Shown here: piece after piece, positions 23,530-31,845 of the stretch
Layout of the letters: the number at the start of each line of letters is the position of its first letter
Numbering within the stretch: position 1 is the first letter of the stretch
Assembly (NCBI GenBank): GCA_037724045.1
Contig: JBBJOW010000007.1
Span: 7,324-71,323 of the forward strand
DNA length: 64,000 nucleotides
From: Solirubrobacteraceae bacterium
GTDB lineage: Bacteria; Actinomycetota; Thermoleophilia; Solirubrobacterales; Solirubrobacteraceae
Direction: 5' to 3'
Made by a program: the position numbers and the translations under genes
The notes under the pieces: model-generated
The model's database searches: none
What the model was told of the DNA's origin: nothing
The model's input: only the letters and a program-made list of their open reading frames with translations

Positions 23530-24357
23530 TCAGCAGTACGCGCGCGCGGCCCGGTCGGCGGCCGCGCCATAGCCGCCGCCGAACAGGACCGCGTGGACGA
23601 GCAGCGGCAGCAGCTGGTACAGCGCGACGCGGTCGGCGTGCCCCTCGGCGAGCGGCGAGACCTCTTCGTAGGCAGGCAGGAAGTCCGGCCCCGGTCCGCC
23701 GAAGAGCGACAGCATGGCGAGATCGACCTCGCGGTGGCCGCCGTACGCGCCCGGGTCGATCAGCCACGGCGATCCGTCGGGGCCGGTCATGACGTTGCCG
23801 CTCCAGAGGTCTCCGTGCAGGCGCGCGGGAGGCTCGGCCGGGCCGCACAGCCCGGGCAGTCGTGCGATGACGCGCTCGATGCGCAGCGCGGCGCCGTGCG
23901 GAAGGGCGTCCGCGTCGACGGCCGTGCGCAGCAGCGGCTCGAGCCGCTGCGCCCCGTAGAACGAAGGCCAGTCCGGCGCGGCGCCGTTGGGCACCTCGAG
24001 CGGGCCGAGAAAGGTCCGCTGCGCGCCCCAGCGCTCGGCCCCGAGCGCGTGCAGCTGCGCGAGCCCGCAGCCGAGCTCCGCGTCGAAGGCCGCCGAGCGC
24101 GCGCCCGGCTCGATCCGCTCCATCACGATGGCGTCGTCGGCGACGTCGAAGACCCGCGGCACGCGCAGCGGCCCCTCCCCCAGCCACGCCAGGCCCGCCG
24201 CCTCCGTCGCGAAGAAGCCGGGCGGCGCGTCGGCGCGCCGTTTGACGAACCGCCTACTTCCGGAGATGGGCAAGCAGCCCGCGCGACGCGCGGTCGACCA
24301 CGTCGAGGACGTTCTCGAAGCCGTCGTCGCCGCCGTAGTAGGGGTCCGGAACGTCAA
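23530..24357 (-). CDS. Fructosamine/ketosamine kinase family protein
   Basis: FVKRRADAPPGFFATEAAGLAWL...RLHGDLWSGNVMTGPDGSPWLIDPGAYGGHREVDLAMLSLFGG. The N-terminal 30-35 codons of the ORF overlap the PTP gene and look non-native. An alternative start is TTG ~24273. Confidence 0.8.
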   Translation of the reverse strand: MTFRTPTTAATTASRTSSTWSTARRAGCLPISGSRRFVKRRADAPPGFFATEAAGLAWLGEGPLRVPRVFDVADDAIVMERIEPGARSAAFDAELGCGLAQLHALGAERWGAQRTFLGPLEVPNGAAPDWPSFYGAQRLEPLLRTAVDADALPHGAALRIERVIARLPGLCGPAEPPARLHGDLWSGNVMTGPDGSPWLIDPGAYGGHREVDLAMLSLFGGPGPDFLPAYEEVSPLAEGHADRVALYQLLPLLVHAVLFGGGYGAAADRAARAYC

Positions 24358-24736
24358 GGTCCCCGGCGGCGACCGCCACGGGATCGAACGAGCGCAGGAG
24401 CACGACCTTGTCGCGCGCCACCGGGTCGGGCGCGAGCGCGCGCAGGTCGCGCTCGTTGGCCCGGTCCATGGCGACCACGAGGTCGTGCGACGCGAAGTCC
24501 TCGGCGATCACCTGACGCGCAGCTCCCTCGAGGGTGATGCCGCGTGTCGCGGCCGCCGCGGTCGACCGCGCGTCCGGCGCGCGCCCGACGTGCCAGTCGC
24601 CGGTGCCGGCGCTGTCGACGGCGATCTCGTGCTGGAGACCGGACTCGGCCACCAGCCCTCGCAACACGGCCTCAGCGGTGGGCGAGCGGCAGATGTTGCC
24701 GAGGCAGACGAGAAGGATGCGTTGAACGGGCGCGTC
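24254..24736 (-). CDS. Low-molecular-weight protein-tyrosine phosphatase (start codon unclear)
   Basis: The open frame after TAG (24737-24739) reads DAPVQRILLVCLGNICRSPTAEAVLRGLVAESGL...DVPDPYYGG, with the CX5R(S) P-loop at ~24706-24686. The first canonical start (GTG 24670 / TTG 24667) lies downstream of the P-loop. Confidence 0.75.
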   Translation of the reverse strand, partial: DAPVQRILLVCLGNICRSPTAEAVLRGLVAESGLQHEIAVDSAGTGDWHVGRAPDARSTAAAATRGITLEGAARQVIAEDFASHDLVVAMDRANERDLRALAPDPVARDKVVLLRSFDPVAVAAGDLDVPDPYYGGDDGFENVLDVVDRASRGLLAHLRK

Positions 24737-24904
24737 CTAGTGTCCCGAGTCGTTAGTTCGTTGACACCGAGAGGGATGCCGGATCGTGTCTGCCGTGCAC
24801 CGGTATTCGTTGGCATACCGGGCGTACGTCGGCGAATACCGGGGCGCGGCAGACGCGGGCCGGCGCCGTCCGAGTGTCAACGAAATACTGACTCGGGACA
24901 CTAG
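24737..24904. repeat. 168-bp composite palindromic element (MITE-like) with ~31-bp CTAG-bounded terminal inverted repeats
   Basis: Left end CTAGTGTCCCGAGTCGTTAGTTCGTTGACAC; reverse complement of the right end CTAGTGTCCCGAGTCAGTATTTCGTTGACAC. The core holds a long imperfect hairpin: GTCTGCCG..CCGGTATTCG..loop..CGAATACCGG..CGGCAGAC. It is the same unit as 2410-2444. Confidence 0.55.
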
Positions 24905-25104
24905 AGCGCGTCGACGCTGATGGCCTTCGGTCCTTTCGGACCGTCCTCGGACTCGTAGTTCACGCGCGCGCCGTCGGCGAGCGTGTGAAAGCCGGATCCG
25001 TTGATCGAGGAGTGGTGCACGAACAGGTCCTTGCCCCCCTCGTCGGGCGTGATGAAGCCGAAGCCCTTGTCATTGTTGAACCACTTGACGGTTCCGGTAG
25101 CCAT
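24901..25104 (-). CDS. cspA: Cold-shock protein
   Basis: [34 protein letters not shown] (RNP1/RNP2 motifs). Confidence 0.96.
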   Translation of the reverse strand: MATGTVKWFNNDKGFGFITPDEGGKDLFVHHSSINGSGFHTLADGARVNYESEDGPKGPKAISVDAL

Positions 25105-25203
25105 CTGTCCTCTTCCGATCCTCTGATTGAGATCCGGACCCCCCGGGCCCGGCGGCGCGACTTATACCAGGGTTGCGGCGCCGACCGGTGAACACCCGTA
25201 GCG

Positions 25204-25473
25204 ATGGCCTTCGTCTATCTGCTGCGCTGCGGCGACGGGACGCTCTACTGCGGCTGGACCAACGACCTGGCGGCGCGCCTGGCCGCCCACGCCGGCGGCA
25301 TCGGCGCGAAGTACACGCGCGGCCGGCTGCCGGTCGAGATCGCCGCCGCCTGGGAGGTCGGCGACCGGGGGACGGCCATGTCGCTCGAGCACCGGATCAA
25401 GCGCCTGGACCGCCCCGCGAAGGAGCGGCTCGTCGCGGGCGAGGCGCTCGCGAACGCCGTCAGGCGCGCTTGA
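25204..25473 (+). CDS. GIY-YIG nuclease family protein (UPF0213-like)
   Basis: FVYLLRCGDGTLYCGWTNDLAARLAAH...GAKYTRGRLPVEI...A.S.E.RIKRL. Confidence 0.85.
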   Translation: MAFVYLLRCGDGTLYCGWTNDLAARLAAHAGGIGAKYTRGRLPVEIAAAWEVGDRGTAMSLEHRIKRLDRPAKERLVAGEALANAVRRA

Positions 25474-26833
25474 TCTTGAAGAAGACGCTGCGAGCGCCGG
25501 CGGCCGACTTCGTGGTCGCCTTGACCGCGATGGCCGGGCCCTTGGCCTGACGCAGCGCCCGCTTGGCCTTCGCGTTGAGTTTGACCGTCACCGTGCGCGC
25601 GCTGCCGGCTGGTACGGAGAAGGCCGCGCTGCCGAAGAGCGTCCCCTGCTTGGCGAGAGCGAGCCGACCCGCGCAGTTACCCGGACCCTCGCAACGCACC
25701 TTCAGCGCGACCGCGCCCTTGCGCACCGCAAGGCTGACCTTCGGCTTGACCGGCATGGCGAGTGAGGCGCTCGAAGTGGGGCCCCCACCCTCGCCGACGA
25801 GCTCGAAGCCCCCCTCCTCGAGCTTGGCGCCGCCGGCTGGGCGCACGATCGTCGTCACCGACAGCCGGCCGCCTGACTCGCGCAGCTTGCGGACGCCGTT
25901 GGCGTTCAAAGAGACGCCGACGGCGCCCTCGGAGCGGCCGGCCAGCGAGAACGACCCCTCACCGACGATCGTGCTTGCGCCTTGCTTGAGGAAGAGCATC
26001 CCCTCGCACGGACGCAGCGACACGCAGCCGATCTGGACGCTGGCCTTCTGACTGGCCACCTTGAGCTCGCGGGACTGGTTGGGCAGGCTGACCGTCGGCC
26101 CCTGGTTCTCCTCATCGGACCGGCAGAAGGGCCGCGCATCGTCGCCCGTGGCGATCGTCGCGCGCATCAGCAGCTCCTGGCCGCGGCGCTCCGTTCCGCT
26201 CTCGACGTCGCCGACCTGGAACCCGTTGCCGTCGTCGGTCCCGCCGTTGGTCGTGCCCTGCTCGAAGACCGAGACCCCGGAGTTCGGCACGCTGCCGAAC
26301 ATCTGGACGGGGTAGCCGTCGGCGTAGAAGTTGTCGGGGAAGCCGCCGAAGGCCGGGTCCGTGTTGCCGAAGCCGCCCGAGGTCGCGAGCGCGACGATGT
26401 CCCCCGGCTGCACGCAGATGCGCGGCTCGTCCTTGATGAGCGTGAAGGTCGACAGCTGCTGCTCGTCGCCGCCGAACGGGAAGGGCAGGTCGTTGGAGGC
26501 CAGAATGAGCTCGAAGGTGCCGTTCGCGTTCGGGCGCAGCACGGCGATCTTGAAGTTGAAGGGCGGATGGCCGGAGCTCTCGTAGGCCGGGTTGGACGCC
26601 TTGAGCACGGTGCCCTTGAAGGTGACCTGGGCGACCTCGCCCTGCACGGGCGCGACGACCCCGCTGCCACCGCTCCCGAACGCGGTGGGGAAGGCGGCCC
26701 AGTCGCGCGGATGCGACTGGGCGATCGAGGCGCGCGCCGACAGGTCGCTGCCGATGGTCACCGCGCCCGCGTGAGCGACGGCCGGAACGGCGAGCAGGAG
26801 GGCGAGAGCGGTGAGGGGAGCGAGGCGGCGCAT
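25460..26833 (-). CDS. Secreted hypothetical protein with repeated C-terminal Cys-containing beta modules
   Basis: Signal peptide MRRLAPLTALALLLAVPAVAHA. Two similar C-terminal modules (..VQIGCVSLRPCEGMLFLKQG.. and ..LKVRCEGPGNCAGRLALAKQG..). Confidence 0.7.
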   Translation of the reverse strand: MRRLAPLTALALLLAVPAVAHAGAVTIGSDLSARASIAQSHPRDWAAFPTAFGSGGSGVVAPVQGEVAQVTFKGTVLKASNPAYESSGHPPFNFKIAVLRPNANGTFELILASNDLPFPFGGDEQQLSTFTLIKDEPRICVQPGDIVALATSGGFGNTDPAFGGFPDNFYADGYPVQMFGSVPNSGVSVFEQGTTNGGTDDGNGFQVGDVESGTERRGQELLMRATIATGDDARPFCRSDEENQGPTVSLPNQSRELKVASQKASVQIGCVSLRPCEGMLFLKQGASTIVGEGSFSLAGRSEGAVGVSLNANGVRKLRESGGRLSVTTIVRPAGGAKLEEGGFELVGEGGGPTSSASLAMPVKPKVSLAVRKGAVALKVRCEGPGNCAGRLALAKQGTLFGSAAFSVPAGSARTVTVKLNAKAKRALRQAKGPAIAVKATTKSAAGARSVFFKIKRA

Positions 26834-26890
26834 TGAGACGAGTATCGGCATCCGCGCAGACGAGCGTCGCGACGTGGGCCGGAGAACGGA

Positions 26891-28165
26891 CTACTTTTCG
26901 ACGATGGCGACCACGCCCTGGCCCCCCGCGGCGCAGATCGAGATCAACGCCCGGCCGGAGCCGCGGCGGTCGAGCAGCTTGGCCGCGGTCGCGAGGATCC
27001 GGCCGCCGGTGGCGGCGAACGGATGCCCGGCGGCGAGCGACGAGCCGTGCACGTTGAGCTTCGCGTGGTCGATCCTTCCCAGCGCGCCGTCCCCTCCGAG
27101 CTGCTCGCGGCAGAACGCCGCGTCCTCCCACGCGGCGAGTGTGGTCAGCACCTGCGACGCGAACGCCTCGTGGATCTCGTAGAAGTCGAAGTCCTGCAGG
27201 GTGAGGCCGGCGCGCTCGAGCAGGCGTGGCACGGCGTACACCGGCGCCATCAGCAGCCCCTCGTCTCCGTGGACGTAGTCGACGGCACACGTGCCCGAAT
27301 GGGTGAGGTACGCGAGCACCGGGACATCGTGCGCAGCGGCCCACTCATCGGTCCCGAGCAGGACGACCGCGGCGCCGTCAGTGAGCGGCGTCGAGTTCCC
27401 GGCAGTCATCGTGCCGCCCTCGCCGCCGAACACCGGCCGGAGCTTGGCGAGCTTGTCCTCCGAGGAATCGGGGCGCAGGTTCTGGTCGCGCGTGACGCCC
27501 ATGAACGGCGTCATCAGGTCGTCCATGAAGCCGGAGTCGTAGGCCGCCGCGAGGTGCTGGTGGCTCGCCGCCGCGAGCGCGTCCTGATCGGAGCGGCTGA
27601 CGTTCCAGCGCGCGGTCGTCAGTGCCTGGTGCTCGCCCATCGACAGGCCTGTGCGCGGCTCGGAGTTGCGCGGGATCTCGGGCACGATCTGGCCGGGGCG
27701 CAGGGAGCCGAGCAGCTTGATCCGCGCCACGGCGCTCTTGGCGCGGCTCGCCTCGAGCAGGATGTGGCGCAGGTCCTCGTTGACCGCGATCGGCGCGTCC
27801 GAGGTGGTGTCCACCCCGCCGGCGATGCCGACCTCGATCTCGCCCAGCTTGATCTTGTTGGCCACCGACAGCGCGGCCTGGATGCCGGTGTCGCACGCCT
27901 GCTGGACGTCATGGGCGGGGGACGCGTGGTCCAAGGCCGAGCCCAGCACGCACTCTCGCGTGAGGTTGAAGTCGCGCGCGTGCTTGAGGACGGCGCCCGC
28001 CACGACCTCCCCGACGCGCTCGCCCTGCAGGTTGAAGCGCGCCACGAGTCCGTCGATCGCGGCGGTCAGCATGTCCTGATTGGACGCCTCGCTGTAAGGG
28101 CCGTTGGAACGGGCGAACGGGATCCGGTTTCCGCCGAGGATCGCGGCGCGCTTGACGTCACTCAT
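26891..28165 (-). CDS. Acetyl-CoA C-acyltransferase (thiolase, FadA2-like)
   Basis: RIPFARSNGPY...DVQQACDTGIQA...NVHGSSLAAGHPFAATGGRI...ICAAGGQGV (thiolase active-site Cys/His/Cys contexts). Confidence 0.93.
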   Translation of the reverse strand: MSDVKRAAILGGNRIPFARSNGPYSEASNQDMLTAAIDGLVARFNLQGERVGEVVAGAVLKHARDFNLTRECVLGSALDHASPAHDVQQACDTGIQAALSVANKIKLGEIEVGIAGGVDTTSDAPIAVNEDLRHILLEASRAKSAVARIKLLGSLRPGQIVPEIPRNSEPRTGLSMGEHQALTTARWNVSRSDQDALAAASHQHLAAAYDSGFMDDLMTPFMGVTRDQNLRPDSSEDKLAKLRPVFGGEGGTMTAGNSTPLTDGAAVVLLGTDEWAAAHDVPVLAYLTHSGTCAVDYVHGDEGLLMAPVYAVPRLLERAGLTLQDFDFYEIHEAFASQVLTTLAAWEDAAFCREQLGGDGALGRIDHAKLNVHGSSLAAGHPFAATGGRILATAAKLLDRRGSGRALISICAAGGQGVVAIVEK

Positions 28166-28169
28166 AGTT

Positions 28170-28187
28170 AGAAACGATAACGTTTCT
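28170..28187. promoter_or_regulatory. Inverted repeat operator candidate in a 26-bp divergent intergenic region
   Basis: AGAAACG-ATAA-CGTTTCT lies between the thiolase start (28165, minus) and the reductase start (28192, plus). Confidence 0.4.
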
Positions 28188-28191
28188 TCAC

Positions 28192-29532
28192 ATGTCCGAC
28201 CGTTATCAGCAGCTCATCGAGTCCCCGCCGGGCCGCCTGCTCGCCGGGCAGCTCGGGCTGCCGAAGCCGACCCGGCTGCGCCGCTACGAGCCGGGCCAGG
28301 CACTTGTCGAGGGCGACGCGCTGGTCAATGGCGCGCCCGGCGGCCGGCTCGTCGCAGTGGCGACGACAGCCCTGAAGACCGCCAAGGTCAAGACGGCGAA
28401 GACCGTCGGCGGCGACGACGACGGCTACGGCGCCGTGGTCTACGACGCCTCCGCGATCGCCTCCTCGGGGGACCTGCACCACCTGTACGCCTTCTTCCAC
28501 GCCGCGATCGCCCATGTGGCGCCGTCGGGCCGCGTGATCGTGCTCGGCACGCCGCCCGAGCAGTCGGACTCGCCGGCGATGGCGATCGCCCAGCGGGCGC
28601 TCGAGGGCTTCACCCGCGCGGTGGCCAAGGAGCTGCGCGGCGGCGCGACGGCGCAGCTCGTCTACGTCGCCCCCGGCGCGGAGGCCAACCTCGCTTCAAC
28701 CCTGCGCTTCCTGGCCTCCGCGAAGTCGGCCTACGTCGACGCCCAGGTGATCCGCATCGGCGCCGGCGCGTCGAGCGATCCCGCCGACTCCGAGCAGCCG
28801 CTCGCGGGCCGCGTCGCGCTGGTCACCGGCGCCTCGCGCGGCATCGGCGAGTCGATCGCCACCACGCTCGCGCGCGACGGCGCGCACGTGATCGGTCTCG
28901 ACATCCCGGCGGCAGGCGAGCAGCTGGCGGCGGTGGCCAACCGGGTCGGCGGCACCGCGCTGCAGCTCGACATCACCGCCTCCGATGCGCCCGCCCGGCT
29001 TGTGGAGCACGTGCAGGAGCGCCACGGGGGCCTCGACGTCATCGTCCACAACGCGGGCATCACGCGCGACAAGACGCTCGCGCGCATGGACGACGCGCAG
29101 TGGGACGGGCTGATGGCGGTCAACCTCGTCGCCCCGGAGCGCCTCACCGACGCGCTGCTCGCGGCGAGCGCGCTTCGACCTGGCGGGCGGATCGTCATGG
29201 TGTCCTCGATCAGCGGCATCGCCGGCCAGCGCGGGCAGACCAACTACTCGACCTCCAAGGCCGGCGTCATCGGCCTGACGGCGGCGTACGCGCCGCTGGT
29301 GGCCGAACGTGAGCTGACCATCAACGCCGTCGCCCCCGGCTTCATCGAGACGCAGATGACCGCGGCAATGCCGTTCGCGACGAGGGAGGTCGGCCGGCGC
29401 CTGAACTCCCTCTCCCAGGGCGGCCTGCCCGTCGACGTCGCGGAGACGGTGGCGTGGATGGCCTCCCCGGGATCGGGCGGCGTCAACGGCAACGTGGTCC
29501 GCGTCTGCGGACAGAACCTGCTCGGTGCTTAG
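28192..29532 (+). CDS. Two-domain SDR, 3-oxoacyl-[ACP] reductase FabG4-like
   Basis: 446 aa. C-terminal SDR domain: ALVTGASRGIGESIA...NAGITRD...SSISGIAGQRGQTNYSTSKAG. The N-terminal non-canonical Rossmann domain matches the high-molecular-weight FabG type. Confidence 0.88.
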   Translation: MSDRYQQLIESPPGRLLAGQLGLPKPTRLRRYEPGQALVEGDALVNGAPGGRLVAVATTALKTAKVKTAKTVGGDDDGYGAVVYDASAIASSGDLHHLYAFFHAAIAHVAPSGRVIVLGTPPEQSDSPAMAIAQRALEGFTRAVAKELRGGATAQLVYVAPGAEANLASTLRFLASAKSAYVDAQVIRIGAGASSDPADSEQPLAGRVALVTGASRGIGESIATTLARDGAHVIGLDIPAAGEQLAAVANRVGGTALQLDITASDAPARLVEHVQERHGGLDVIVHNAGITRDKTLARMDDAQWDGLMAVNLVAPERLTDALLAASALRPGGRIVMVSSISGIAGQRGQTNYSTSKAGVIGLTAAYAPLVAERELTINAVAPGFIETQMTAAMPFATREVGRRLNSLSQGGLPVDVAETVAWMASPGSGGVNGNVVRVCGQNLLGA

Positions 29533-30328
29533 CGCCTACGCGAAGGCGGCCGTCAAGCTCGTCGGATTCGTGGGCGGCGGCGACGCGCTGCCCGAGGACG
29601 AGCTCACCCACGCGGGCATCGAGGTCGACCGCGAGCGCCTCACCGCCTATCAGAAGGTCTGCGGCTTCGGGGTGGGCGACACCCTTCCGGCCACCCACCC
29701 ACACATGTTCGCGTTCCCGCTGGCGATGGAGCTGATGACACGGCTGTCGTTTCCGTTTGGGGTCATCGGGCTCGTGCACATCTCGAACGACATCGAGCAG
29801 CTGCGGCCGATCACCGCGGATGAGGTCCTCGACATCCGTGTGCGCACGGCCGACCTGCGCGACCACGAGCGCGGGCGCCAGTTCGACGTCGTCGCGTCGG
29901 CGGAGGTGGCCGGCGAAACGGTGTGGCGCTCGGAGTCCACCTACCTGCGTCGCGAGGGCGGCGGCGAAGCCAAGGGCGGGCGCAGCGAACCGCCCGAGGC
30001 GAGCGCGATCTGGAGGATTCCCGGCGATCAGGGCCGTCGCTACGCGGGCGTGTCGGGCGACAACAACCCGATTCACCTGTACCCGCTCACGGCGCGCCTG
30101 TTCGGCTTCCCGAAGCCGATCGCCCACGGCATGTGGGTCAAGGCTCGCTGCCTCGCAGCCCTCGACGGCCATCTGCCCGACGCCTTCACGGTCAGCGTCC
30201 GCTTCAAGCTCCCGGTGCTCCTGCCGTCCAAGGCGGGCTTCGCCACCTGGACCAGCGGCGAGCAGCGTGAGTTCGCCGTCCACGACACGCGCAGCGGCAA
30301 GCCGCACGTGTCGGGCACCGTGACCTGA
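29525..30328 (+). CDS. MaoC-like (R)-hydratase/dehydratase, HtdX-like
   Basis: ...YAGVSGDNNPIHLYPLTARLFGFPKPIAHGMW (hotdog hydratase motif). GTG start overlaps the reductase stop. Confidence 0.85.
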   Translation: MLSAYAKAAVKLVGFVGGGDALPEDELTHAGIEVDRERLTAYQKVCGFGVGDTLPATHPHMFAFPLAMELMTRLSFPFGVIGLVHISNDIEQLRPITADEVLDIRVRTADLRDHERGRQFDVVASAEVAGETVWRSESTYLRREGGGEAKGGRSEPPEASAIWRIPGDQGRRYAGVSGDNNPIHLYPLTARLFGFPKPIAHGMWVKARCLAALDGHLPDAFTVSVRFKLPVLLPSKAGFATWTSGEQREFAVHDTRSGKPHVSGTVT

Positions 30329-30391
30329 CTCACACAAAAAGTCCTGCAAACAAGCCTAACGTGGCCTTGCTTACGACCGAAAGGAACCATC

Positions 30392-30892
30392 GTGAGCAAG
30401 CCACGCATCGTCGCGGCAGCCGCAGCCGTCATGAGCCTTGTGCCGACCGCCGCCGTTGCCGCCGCTCCGAGCCCGAAGCTCAAGCGCACCTATCAGCAGG
30501 CCTATGAGAAGGCCGACCGCCGGGGCGGCGATCCCGGCCGCAACATCGCCGAGGACGGCGTGCAGATGGCCGACCGCGATCGAGACGCGCGTTCGGGCGA
30601 GCTACGCCGAAGTATCGGCGTTCTGCGCAGGATGGTCGCCGCGCCGGCGACCTCCGGCGCCTCGGTCGCCAGTCCGGTCCTCGAAGCGATCGCCGCCTGC
30701 GAGTCCGGGGGCGACCCGACCGCGGTCGACGCCAGCGGCACCTACCGCGGCAAGTACCAGTTCGACCTCGGGACCTGGCAGGCCGTGGGCGGCTCCGGCG
30801 ACCCCGCCGCCGCCCCCGAGGCCGAGCAGGACGCCCGCGCCGCGGCGCTGTACGCGCAGAGCGGCAGCGCCCCCTGGCCCAACTGCGGATAG
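30392..30892 (+). CDS. Secreted transglycosylase-like (Rpf-type) domain protein
   Basis: Signal peptide, then AIAACESGGDPTAVDASGTYRGKYQFDLGTWQAVGGSG...EQDARAAALY..SG..PWPNCG. Confidence 0.8.
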   Translation: MSKPRIVAAAAAVMSLVPTAAVAAAPSPKLKRTYQQAYEKADRRGGDPGRNIAEDGVQMADRDRDARSGELRRSIGVLRRMVAAPATSGASVASPVLEAIAACESGGDPTAVDASGTYRGKYQFDLGTWQAVGGSGDPAAAPEAEQDARAAALYAQSGSAPWPNCG

Positions 30893-30940
30893 TTTCCACA
30901 GTGGACCAGGGGACTGTCCCCTGGTTTCCCGGGGAAACTA
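30890..30940. terminator. Bidirectional hairpin between convergent genes
   Basis: TAGTTTCC...ACCAGGGGAC-T-GTCCCCTGGT...GGAAACTA. The outer arms contain the TAG stops of both convergent genes. Confidence 0.6.
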
Positions 30941-31834
30941 CGCGGCGAGGACGGATCGCAGGCGCCCGTCGCGGCGCATGAGGTGCTCCCAATCGTCCGC
31001 GTCCAGGGCGGCTGGGGGCACCTCTGCCAAAAAGCGGGCGATGGCGTCCGCGAGGCCGCCGGGGTCCTCCAGGTGCGGGAAGTGGCGCGCGTCGGGCAGA
31101 AGCTCGAAGCGCGACTCGGCCCGCCCGCCGACCGCGGCGTACGCCTCACGCCCGTGGGCCACCGGAATCGTGTGGTCGCGCCCGCCCCAGACGATCAGCG
31201 TCGGCATGTCTCCGAGCAGGTAGAGGCGGTCGTTGGCGCACACCTTCTGGCCCTTGAGGTCGATCACCGACCGCAGGGTCCATAGGAAGCCGCGGCGCGC
31301 GGCGGGGGTGTTGAGCGAGGAGAGCGCGCGGTGCGCCGCCGTGGCGTAGGGGTTGTCCACACGTGCGAGCGCGCCGAGCACGGGGCGGCTCGCGGCGCCC
31401 GCCAGCAGCCCCTCCACACCAGGTGCGGCGGCGAGACGCAGCGGCCAGGATACGTCGCGGCCCAGGCCGCCGCTGGAGACCAGCACGACGCGTTCGCAGC
31501 GCTCGGGGAACTGGTAGAAGAACTGCATCGCCACGCCGCCGCCGAGCGAGTGCCCGATGACCGTCGCGCGCTCGATGCCGAGGCCGGAGACGAGGTCGCG
31601 GATGCCCGCGGCGTGGGCGCCGAGCGAGTAGTCGCCGAGCGGGCCGGCCGACCCGCCGTGGCCGTGCAGGTCGGGCGCGATCACCGTATGCGTGCGGGCC
31701 AGCCGCTCTGCCACCGCGCGCCAGTGACGCGAGTTGTTGAGCATCCCGTGGATGAGCAGCACCGCCGGGCCCGAGCCCGCGATGCGGTAGCCGATGCGGT
31801 GGCCGTGCAGCACGGTCTCCTGGAGCTCGAACAC
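30938..31834 (-). CDS. Alpha/beta hydrolase
   Basis: VLLIHGMLNNSRHW...VIGHSLGGGVAMQ (GxSxG)...DHTIPVAHG...ARHFPHLEDP. GTG 31834 was chosen. The longer ORF-track N-terminus is Arg-rich and implausible. Confidence 0.85.
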   Translation of the reverse strand: MFELQETVLHGHRIGYRIAGSGPAVLLIHGMLNNSRHWRAVAERLARTHTVIAPDLHGHGGSAGPLGDYSLGAHAAGIRDLVSGLGIERATVIGHSLGGGVAMQFFYQFPERCERVVLVSSGGLGRDVSWPLRLAAAPGVEGLLAGAASRPVLGALARVDNPYATAAHRALSSLNTPAARRGFLWTLRSVIDLKGQKVCANDRLYLLGDMPTLIVWGGRDHTIPVAHGREAYAAVGGRAESRFELLPDARHFPHLEDPGGLADAIARFLAEVPPAALDADDWEHLMRRDGRLRSVLAA

Positions 31835-31845
31835 GGCGCGCGATC

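Noticed and set aside
23293-24537. 414-aa plus-strand ORF
   Set aside because: Antisense to the fructosamine kinase and LMW-PTP genes, with an Arg-rich composition.
30329-30391. Possible riboswitch upstream of the Rpf-like gene (and likewise upstream of the MetE-like gene at 36920-37063)
   Set aside because: The intergenic regions are too short (63 nt, and about 140 nt partly coding). They show none of the conserved riboswitch cores I can recognise by eye.
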